DNA from: Longimicrobiales bacterium | GTDB taxonomy: Bacteria > Gemmatimonadota > Gemmatimonadetes > Longimicrobiales > Gaopeijiaceae | DNA: 64,000 bases | Assembly: GCA_965248195.1 (NCBI GenBank) | Contig: CBDFIQ010000001.1 | Location: 1,312,001-1,376,000, forward strand | Reading direction: 5' to 3' | In this document: positions 10,502 through 19,500 of the stretch, in pieces | Layout: every line of letters begins with the position of its first letter | How positions within the stretch are numbered: position 1 is the stretch's first letter | The notes under the pieces: model-generated | Told to the model about the DNA's origin: nothing | Database searches by the model: none | What the model saw: the letters and a program-made list of their open reading frames with translations, nothing else | Translations under genes and position numbers: made by a program

Positions 10502-11248
10502 TTATCTACAGATGAGCGGATCCGGGTCCAGAGCGTTCGGCGCGGCCAGTGGCACGTCGAAAACGTCGACCCAGCCTTCTTCTTGGTCGTCCGAGCGAAT
10601 CTGAACCCAGAAACGGCTCTCGCCCTCATGGACCACGCTTCCTCCATATTCGTAGTCGGAAGACGTGAAGAAGTCGGGCCCCGGCCAGAATTGCTCCGTG
10701 TCGAAGAACGCACCCTTGAACCACGTGTTGTAGAAGCCCTCGCCCAGGTAGTCTAGAACGTAGAGCGTATCACCCGGCTGAAAGATGTCCTCCTCGTCCA
10801 GGAACGGAACTGGCCTCGACGGGCGGGTGATGGCCACGATGCCCGGCGAATCGACGACCACGGCTCCCGTGAGGACTTCGAATCTCTCATTCGCTTCGAG
10901 GGTCGTGACCGGATTCGTGGCCACTCCCAGGCTCGCGTAGACGGGTACCGCACCACACGCCAACCACTCGTCAAACATGCAGCCTTCGCCGGGGCAGGCC
11001 GGCTGCACCACATACGGGAATAACAGCTCGGAAGACATCGGGGTTTCGGAGTCGGGTGCCGAGTCGATTTGTGGTCCCGAACTCGGCTGGTTTGCTTCGA
11101 GATCGCCGTTGGTCTGTGCTGCTTCGGCCGCCAGGCCGGTTTGCGAATCCTCTGCATCGTCCTCCGGGGCCGCGCAAGCGGCGGCGCTCAAGCTGACCAA
11201 GAGGGGCAGGGCCGCTAGAAGGTGATGCGCTGTTGGTCCGAACCTCAT
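10502..11248 (-). CDS. Hypothetical lipoprotein
   Basis: Signal peptide ending AAAC; CPGEGC motif; 248-aa ORF. Confidence 0.65.
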   Translation of the reverse strand: MRFGPTAHHLLAALPLLVSLSAAACAAPEDDAEDSQTGLAAEAAQTNGDLEANQPSSGPQIDSAPDSETPMSSELLFPYVVQPACPGEGCMFDEWLACGAVPVYASLGVATNPVTTLEANERFEVLTGAVVVDSPGIVAITRPSRPVPFLDEEDIFQPGDTLYVLDYLGEGFYNTWFKGAFFDTEQFWPGPDFFTSSDYEYGGSVVHEGESRFWVQIRSDDQEEGWVDVFDVPLAAPNALDPDPLICR

Positions 11249-11383
11249 TTTCGCGTCCTTCGTATAGACCAGGGCAATCCTATGCTATTTCCAAACTGTG
11301 CCTATTCCAGTCTACTCGTAAACGATTTCGTAGAGGCCCTGATGGGTTCGGCTGAGCAATTGACCATCGCCTCCAGGCGCTAC

Positions 11384-11411
11384 TTGACCCTTTTGGGGTG
11401 CCGGATAGTTT
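11384..11411 (+). promoter_or_regulatory. Possible sigma70-type promoter of tRNA-Lys
   Basis: TTGACC-N16-TAGTTT about 24 bp upstream of the tRNA. Confidence 0.35.
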
Positions 11412-11434
11412 TCAACCCTCTCCTTCGGGGGATT

Positions 11435-11508
11435 GCCCTGCTAGCTCAACTGGCTAGAGCAACTGACTCTTAATCAGTAGGTTCGGGGTTCGAGTCCCTG
11501 GCGGGGCA
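11435..11508 (+). tRNA. tRNA-Lys: tRNA-Lys (anticodon CTT), CCA not encoded
   Basis: Acceptor GCCCTGC/GCGGGGC-A, D-arm AGCTCAACTGGCTAGAGC, anticodon arm CTGA-CTCTTAA-TCAG, T-loop GGTTCGAGTCC. Confidence 0.97.
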
Positions 11509-11528
11509 CTAGGCAGCACAAAGCTTAT

Positions 11529-11550
11529 CGGCCTTGGGCCGTTTTTCTTT
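11529..11550 (+). terminator. Short intrinsic terminator-like hairpin after the tRNA
   Basis: CGGCC-TTG-GGCCG followed by TTTTTCTTT. Confidence 0.5.
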
Positions 11551-11558
11551 GATGGGCC

Positions 11559-11579
11559 GAGTCAGCCATAAGTCAGCCA
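11559..11579 (+). promoter_or_regulatory. Putative integrase arm-type binding site (attL side)
   Basis: GAGTCAGCCATAAGTCAGCCA, a tandem AGTCAGCCA; near-identical copy at 29438. Confidence 0.75.
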
Positions 11580-11831
11580 CAGGACTGGTTTCGAGCGCCT
11601 TCTTCGGGGCCTATCGACGCTGAGTCTGCGCCGGTAGATCGACGTCAACTACTCCGACTCAAGTCCGTCCCATCGGAGTTTCATCGGAGTTTTTCCGAAA
11701 TAATTAGGGTCGAGAGACGAACGCTCGCATCTGGGTTCCCCTTGCATGACGACGGATTGCCCCCGACAGTTCGCGTGGAAACGCTCTTTAGAGACAGTTC
11801 GCTGCACTCCTTCTCATTCCATCACGACCTT

Positions 11832-12127
11832 ATGAACTCCAGCCTCACCGAGATCGAGAATCGCCTCTGGGACGCTGCTGACGAGCTTCGCGCCAACTCC
11901 AAGCTCAAGTCATCGGAATACTCCGTTCCCGTGCTCGGGCTCATCTTCCTCCGCTACGCCGATCATCGGTTCACGACTGCCGAAGCAGAGCTGGGCGAGA
12001 AATCGTCCAGCAGGCGCACCGTAGGCAAGACTGACTACCAAGCGAAGGGGGTCCTCTATCTGCCCAATGAGGCTCGACTCCCGTCGCTCCTGGCGCTCCC
12101 GAACATCGGACAGGCAGTCGACGAGGC
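11832..12127 (+). pseudogene. hsdM: N-terminal fragment of type I R-M methyltransferase subunit, fused in frame to an hsdR fragment
   Basis: [38 protein letters not shown] (HsdM_N); no methyltransferase motifs follow. Confidence 0.8.
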
Positions 12128-12164
12128 TGGCAAGGGCCACAACGGGCGCCTGGGGCGCCGTGTA

Positions 12165-14036
12165 CGACTGATCCAACATTCCGCGGGCTCCGGCAAGTCC
12201 AACACCATCAGCTGGACGGCGCACCAGGTGACCAATCTGCATGACGACGCCGACAAGCCGATCTTCAGCTCGGCCGTCATCGTGACCGATCGCATCGTGC
12301 TGGACCGCCAGCTTCAGAATACCGTCGCGCAGTTCGAGCAGACCAAGGGGGTGGTCAAGAAGATCGACGGCACCTCGCGGCAGTTGAAGGAGGCGCTGGA
12401 GGGCGGCGCGCGCATCGTCATCACGACGATCCAGAAGTTCTCGACCGAGCACCTCGCGGCGCTGTCGGGCCAGGGTTCACGCACCTTCGCCGTCATTATC
12501 GACGAGGCCCACGGCAGCCAGTCCGGCAAGAGCGCCCAGGCGATGAGCGATGCCCTGACGCGCGACGAGGGTATGACCAGCGACGATATCGAGGATCTGA
12601 TCGCCGATTACCAGAACGCGCGCGGGCCGCAACCCAACATCAGCTACTTCGCCTTCACCGCCACGCCGCGGAACGTGACACTGGAGCGCTTCGGCGCCAA
12701 GGGCGCCGACGGGCTGCCGCAACCTTTCCACCTCTATTCGATGCGCCAGGCCATCGAGGAGGGGTTCATTCTGGACGTGCTCCAGAACTGCATGACCTAC
12801 AAGGCCTATTATCAACTCGAAAAAACCATCGAGGACGATCCCGAACCGAAAGGGCGCAGCGCGCAGCGCCGTGTCGCCCGCTTCGCCTCGCTCCACCGGA
12901 CGGCCATCGGCCAGAAGGTTGAGGTCGTCATCGAGCATTTCCGCCGCCATGTCATGGGCGAACTCGGCGGCCAGGCCCGGGCGATGATCGTCACCGGCGG
13001 CCGGGAACATGCGCTGCGCTATTTCTTCGGCGTGCGCGATTACATCAACGCCCACAGATACACGGATTTAAAGGCCCTGGTTGCGTTTTCCGGCGAGCTG
13101 GAACTGGATGGCGAGACCTACACCGAAGCGGCCTTGAACGGGTTCTCCGAAACCGAACTGCCCCGGCGTTTCGATACCGGCGACTATCGCGTGCTGATCG
13201 TCGCAGAGAAATACCAAACCGGTTTCCATCAGCCGAAGCTCTGCGCCATGTATATGGACCGAAAACTTGCCGGGCTACAGGCGGTCCAAACGCTTTCGCG
13301 TCTCAATCGGACCTATCCGGGCAAGGAGCGCACCTACGTTCTCGACTTCCAGAACACCATCGAGGAGATCCAGGCCGCCTTCAAACCGTATTATGAGGTA
13401 ACCGCCCTGGAGGCCAACTCGGACCCCAATCAGATCTACGAGCTGGAAGCGCGTCTCAAGACCTTCGGCATCCTCGACCAGGGCGAGATCGACCGTTTCG
13501 CCGAGACTTTCTACAAGGGCCCGCTCGATACGCATGACCGGGCACGCCTCGAAGGCCTGGTGCGCCATGCCGTCGCCCGCTTCGAAGCGGAGGACGACGA
13601 GGGGCGGCGCGAGGAGTTCCGGCAACTCCTGAAGAGCTACATGCGCTTCTACAGCTTCGTGGCGCAGATCATCCGGCTCGACGATACGGGGCTTGAGACG
13701 CTCTACACCTACGCGGCCTGGCTGTCCCGCTTGTTGCCCAATCGGGAAATTCCGGCCGACATCGAGATCACCGAGGACATGCTTCGCCTTCAGGCATTCC
13801 GCGTCGAGCAGAAGGAAGAAGGGGCGGCGTCGCTCGGTCCGGGCGACACCGAGACGCTCACGCCGATCAGCGAGTTCGCCGCCAAACCGTACACGGAAGA
13901 GGAAGAACGTTCCCTTTCCGAGATCATCAAGGCGTTCAATGACCGACACGGGACGGCGTTCACGCACGACGACTTCATCCGTTTCGAGCAAGTCAATCGT
14001 GAAATCATGGATGACGACCTGACCGAAATGCTGCGC
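12165..14036 (+). pseudogene. hsdR: Type I R-M restriction subunit helicase core, lacking the N-terminal nuclease domain and C-terminus
   Basis: [11 protein letters not shown] (Walker A), [35 protein letters not shown]. Confidence 0.85.
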
Positions 14037-14527
14037 AGGCCGTCGCCGCCATCCGGCTGCTGGCGCTCACCGGATGCCGCCGGAGCGAAGTGCTCAATCT
14101 CCGCTGGCGCGACATCGGCGAGCACGCGATCAAGCTGCCCGACTCCAAGACCGGCCCGCACGCGGTGCCGCTCGGCGAAGCCGCGCGAGCGCATATCGAG
14201 GCGCTGGCCAATCCCCGCGACCCGGAGGCGCACCTGTTCCCGCGCCATGCCGAAGGCCGGGGTCTCTCGATACTGACCACCTGCTGGCGCGCGGTCTGCG
14301 CGGATGCGAAGCTCGGCAGGCTGCGGCTGCATGACCTGCGGCACACCGCCGCCAGTCACGCCGTCATGTCCGGCGAAAACCTGCCCCTGGTCGGCAAATT
14401 GCTCGGGCACCGGCGGCACCAGACCACCGCAGGCTACGCTCACTTGGCTGACAGTCACCTTGTCGCGGCGGCCGAGAAGATCGGAAATGCGATTGTCGCA
14501 GCCATGACAAGATGTAGAACACCCTAG
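14033..14527 (+). pseudogene. Tyrosine recombinase catalytic-domain fragment (N-terminus missing)
   Basis: [38 protein letters not shown]; begins abruptly inside the hsdR ORF. Confidence 0.85.
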
Positions 14528-14579
14528 CTCGCCATGAAACCACCCTTCGTTTACTTCAATTTGCCGACAACATTGCCCG

Positions 14580-14668
14580 TTTCGTCGCGCCGTATCGGCA
14601 AATGTGGCACTTCTTCCGTGCGTAGCGGGCGGCTGAGGATAGAGCGCGCACGGTAGGATAGTCATTTT
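14580..14668 (-). pseudogene. Possible decayed C-terminal remnant of a type ISP-like restriction-modification enzyme
   Basis: Reads K*LSYRARSILSRPLRTEEV/(shift)FADTARR, resembling a remembered KWLSYR...ILGR.L..EEV..F...ARR end, with TGG>TGA. Confidence 0.35.
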
Positions 14669-15062
14669 GTTAGGGAATCATAATTCCTAGATCACTCGGC
14701 TATATCGCCGCTCGGAGGAAATCTGTTTTTTGAATCATCGTGATTCCATCTCTTTCACAGACTGGACGAAATCGACATGTTTCGCGTGAGATTCTGCAGT
14801 CATGGGAATTTCAGCCGCCCTTATCTTGGCGCAGATCATCTCCATTTTCTGAAGCGTCAAGCCCGGATTCGATGGGGCGTTAACCGAGAAGGCGATATAG
14901 CGGTGCAGGTTCTTTTCCGCCACCCACGATCTCCATGAGACCGACCGTCCAGTATCCCTCTCGGCCTTCGACGAAGCTCTGGTACTGAGAGAGCGGTAGG
15001 TAGAGTTCTAGGTTGTTTTCCTCGTCATGCTAGACGCTGCGGTGCAGTAGAGGGGTGGCATC

Positions 15063-16022
15063 ATGAAAAAGCTCTTGCTCGTGGGCATGGTGATCGCTCT
15101 GGTGATCTCCTCCGGCCCGGTGTTGGCCCAGGACGGCTGGTACATGGGGATGGACCTGGGGGCTGCGGTAGCCCCGGGAATGGACGTAAAGACCGGGGGG
15201 TTGGATGATTGGGTATCGAGCGCGGATGCGGCGCATTCAGCGATCCGATGCGACAAGACCATAAACCCGGACGGTTTTCAGGTAGAAGAAGGAGCGTGTG
15301 GCAATGCCCCTTCGACTTGGGGGCCCATGGACGAGTCGTTTGATGACGGCAGGGGGATCCTGGCTGGGTTGGCCTTGGGGTATCGCATGGGGAACTTCAG
15401 GGCCGAGGGCGAATATTTCTATCGCAGTGCAACCCATGACAGCACGGATGTTCCCTATGATTCCGCGACAAATTATGATCCCGGCACGGATCCGGGATTC
15501 CAGACAGTCATGGATGGAGTCGATGCCGTGCTGTCGCACAACGTTTTTGCCAACTTGCACTACGACTTTCGCTCCGATTCGAAGTTTACGCCGTCTCTGG
15601 GGATTGGAGTCGGCTTTGCGAAAGTCTCGCTTGCGTACCGGACCTTCTGGCGCCGGACGAATGACCCCGAGAACGTCACGGTATTCGATACTGAGGGGGT
15701 GATTGGTGACGAGCTGGCGAAGGCCCAGGCGTTAAACCGGGAAATTGCCGGCACGATCACCGCGGACAGAGCGAAATTGTCGGATCTGCTGCTCGGCTAC
15801 CAGGCGGTGGCGGGCCTGGATTATCAGGTCAGCGATCGGGTCACCATCGGGCTCAAGTTCCGATGGGCGAGTTTCGGCGAATTCGATGACGAGTCGGCAT
15901 ATGATTCTCTCCGCGATCATGCGTCGGTGGCCGGTAACCCGCCGGTCCCCGTTACCTACTATGTCAAGACGGATGACATTCAGTTCTGGGGAATCAGCCT
16001 CAACATGAAGTATCACTTCTGA
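15063..16022 (+). CDS. Outer-membrane beta-barrel protein (8-stranded OmpA/Opa/Msp2-like) with long loops
   Basis: Signal peptide, GWYMGMDLG, RAEGEYFYR, PSLGIGVG, YQAVAGLDY, terminal KYHF. Confidence 0.8.
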   Translation: MKKLLLVGMVIALVISSGPVLAQDGWYMGMDLGAAVAPGMDVKTGGLDDWVSSADAAHSAIRCDKTINPDGFQVEEGACGNAPSTWGPMDESFDDGRGILAGLALGYRMGNFRAEGEYFYRSATHDSTDVPYDSATNYDPGTDPGFQTVMDGVDAVLSHNVFANLHYDFRSDSKFTPSLGIGVGFAKVSLAYRTFWRRTNDPENVTVFDTEGVIGDELAKAQALNREIAGTITADRAKLSDLLLGYQAVAGLDYQVSDRVTIGLKFRWASFGEFDDESAYDSLRDHASVAGNPPVPVTYYVKTDDIQFWGISLNMKYHF

Positions 16023-16553
16023 CCGGCAGCTAATGGAGTCATCAGGGTCCGAGAGTCTGTCAGATCGGTGTCTCGCGGGGGAAGAGTGATTGGTCACACC
16101 TCCCCCGCAACAAAAATCTCCCTATCGCCGGACCGAGCAGGTTTCGGCACGTGGAGCGACAAAAGGATGCCAACTGCAGTAAGATATTAGGCAGGCCCGA
16201 GTCGAAGGTTGCTGGCACGGCCCGACTGGCGAGCAGTAGAGACTAAATATCGGCGGGAGAGGCGAACATGGCTGACGGCACATCCCACTCCGGCGCGGTC
16301 CATACGAATAACAGCCAAAGCTCCAAATACTCGGCGCCATGTCGAGCCGGCGCAGGCGGAAAGGCGATTGCCAGGAGAACTATTTCACGGCCGAAAATCA
16401 TCGGCGCAATCTCGCCGCCGCCCATTCGCTCATTCGAGACCTTCCGGCCAGGGTCGAGACTCGATGCCTCAGTATCGGTCCTGATCCATCAGGGTGGAGT
16501 AAATACCTAGTTCCGACAATATGATGTACTGAAACGTCGAAGGGAACCTTTTT

Positions 16554-19500
16554 ATGTCCAGATCAAGACGTCAAGTTCATGCCATTGATTTGTCGTACCC
16601 GCCTCGCATGAGCCAGTCGACCCGACTGAGGCCGGATGCCGAAGCGGGCCAGTCCCACTCGGCGGCCCACAGGGACGGCTCTCTCGCTCCTAATCCACCG
16701 GCGGGGCTTGTTCCCAAAGACCATCCCACCAAGCGCAGCCGTCGCGGCTCGGGGGGCGTTCGCGTGTTGGCCGCCGTCGCGTGTTTGGCCTGGCTGGCCT
16801 GGCCGACCGAGGCTTTCGCGCAGCAGGTGACGCTGAACGTGGACGCCGTTGCGGGCGACAACAAGATCAACCGGTCGGAGCACACGAACGGCATCGCCGT
16901 GAGCGGCAACACGGGTACGGAAAGCGGCGTGACTGTCGAGGTGACCATCGGCGGCACACCGTTGACGAGCGTGACCTACGCGATGAACGCGATGTGGTCG
17001 GTGAACGTGGAGCCCAGTGCGGACTACATTACCGAAACGAGCGTGGAGCTTTCCGTGACGGCCACCAAGACCGGGTTTACCAGTGCGACGGTTACGCGGA
17101 CGCTGCCGGTGGATTTGACGCCGCCGAGTGTGAGTTACACGGCGCCATCGAATCTCACGGTGGGCGTTTTGATCACGCCGATAGCTCCGACCACGAGCGA
17201 TACGGATATCGTCTCCTACGCCACTAGCGGCAGTTCCCTGCCGCTGGGACTGGCGTTGAATGGCAATACAGGTATTATCAGCGGCTCGCCGAGGACGGCC
17301 AACACCAACACGCAGACGGTGGGGGTGCTGGTCACCGACGACGCCGGCAACGTGGATCGGCCGCAGATTACATTCCCGGCGGTTGAGTTCGCATCCGGCG
17401 TAATGGTTTCGGAGACGGAACTGACGGTGCCCGAAGGCGGCTCGGCGAGCTACACGGTGAGGCTCGTCACCCAGCCGACGGATGATGTCACGATCACGGT
17501 GGAGCGGGTGACCGGCGATGAGGATCTGACGGCGAGCCCGGGTACGCTGACCTTCACGAACTCGAACTGGAGTGTGCAGCAGACAGTGACGGTCTCGGCG
17601 GCGGAAGATGACGACGGCGCGGCCGGCACTGCCCAGTTTGGCCATAAGGTGATCAGCCCCGGCACCGTCTATCACGGCGTTTCGACCCCTGGCCTCAAAG
17701 CAACCGAGGATGACAACGACACGATCGGCGTGATCGTCTCGCCGACGGCACTGTCGGTGCCGGAAGGCGGCTCGGCGACCTACACGGTGAGGCTCGGCAC
17801 CAAGCCACTGGAGGGTGATGTCACGGTCGAGGCGACCCGGGACCAACTGAGTGACGCTGACCTGACGGTGACCTCGGTAACGGATATGGATGCGGACTTT
17901 AATTCGGTTACGTTGTTATTCACGGACTTGAACTGGCATACGGCGCAGACGGTGACGGTCTCGGCGGCCGAGGACGACGCCGACGAGGTGGATGGCGTCG
18001 CGATCTTCTCTCACAGAGCGGCGACAGGCGACGAAGACTATTACGATATTTATATCGATCCAGTCACGGCGACCGAGGCCGACAACGAAAAGGTAGTGAC
18101 GGTCGTGATTCAAACGGAGGTGTCAGCTCCGGTGCGCGGCGTGTTCGAGGTGACGATCATCTTTAGCGAGGCGGTGATGGGTTTCGAGCGGAGCGAGATC
18201 GCGGTGACGAATGGTTCGGTGACCGACTTCAGTGGGTCGGCGCCGACCTATAAGGCAGAGATCACTCCCTCGAAGAGCGGTGAAGTGATCGTGGAGGTTG
18301 GGGCGAATGTGGTCGAATACGGGGTCGGCAACGGCAATATAGCGGGCGCGCCTCTGGTGCTCGAGGCGGATCTGTATCCGGTGGTGAGCTATCAGGAGGA
18401 GAGCTACACGGCGAGGGAAGGTGGAGAGACGGTGACGGTGACGGTGAAGCTGAGCGAGGGCTGGGACGAGGAGCTAGCGATCCCGATCCGGGTGACGCGG
18501 CCGCAACCAGAGTCGACGGAAGTCGACGACTATACGGTCGACGGGTTGGAGGAGTGGGATGCCCAGGAGGGCACAGGCAAGCTCACCTTCTCAGCCGGCG
18601 AAACGGAACAGACGTTCACGATTGCGGCCAACGATGACGGGGACGGGGAAGACGAAGAGCTGGAGCTGGGATTTGGGGACTTGCCGACGCCGGTGATGGC
18701 GGGGGACCCGGTCGTGGCGACGGTGACGCTCGAGGACAAGGGTTTGGTGTTGAGCTACCAGGAGGAGAGCTATACGGCGCTCGAGGGAGGAGAGGCTGCG
18801 ACAGTAACGGTGAAGCTGAGCTTCGGCTGGGACGAGGAGCTAGCGATCCCGATCCGGGTGACGCGGCCGCAACCAGAGTCGACGGAAGTCGACGACTATA
18901 CGGTCGACGGGTTGGAGGAGTGGGATGCCCAGGAGGGCACAGGCAAGCTCACCTTCTCAGCCGGCGAAACGGAACAGACGTTCACGATTGCGGCCAACGA
19001 TGACGAGGACGGGGAAGACGAAGAGCTGGAGCTGGGATTTGGGGACTTGCCGACGCCGGTGATGGCGGGGGACCCGGTCGTGGCGACGGTGACGCTCGAG
19101 GACAAGGGTTTGGTGTTGAGCTACCAGGAGGAGAGCTATACGGCGCTCGAGGGAGGAGAGGCTGCGACAGTAACGGTGAAGCTGAGCGAGGGCTGGGACG
19201 AGGAGCTAGCGATCCCGATCCGGGTGACGCGGCCGCAACCAGAGTCGACGGAAGTCGACGACTATACGGTCGACGGGTTGGAGGAGTGGGATGCCCAGGA
19301 GGGCACAGGCAAGCTCACCTTCTCAGCCGGCGAAACGGAACAGACGTTCACGATTGCGGCCAACGATGACGAGGACGGGGAAGACGAAGAGCTCGAGCTG
19401 GGATTTGGGGACTTGCCGACGCCGGTGATGGCGGGGGACCCGGTCGTGGCGACGGTGACGCTCGAGGACAAGGGTTTGGTGGAGCTCACGGTGAGCTTTG

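Noticed and set aside
11742..14276. 844-aa ORF as an intact type I restriction subunit
   Set aside because: No nuclease domain, N-terminus derived from HsdM, tail is off-frame integrase sequence, and no hsdS or complete hsdM
16270..16400. Very degraded IS3-like motifs (HS.RG..Y; MS..RKGDC.EN)
   Set aside because: Similarity needs several indels; too weak to call without a search
18387..19481. Regular repeats as a CRISPR array
   Set aside because: 366-bp in-frame coding units with no spacers; no cas genes in the window
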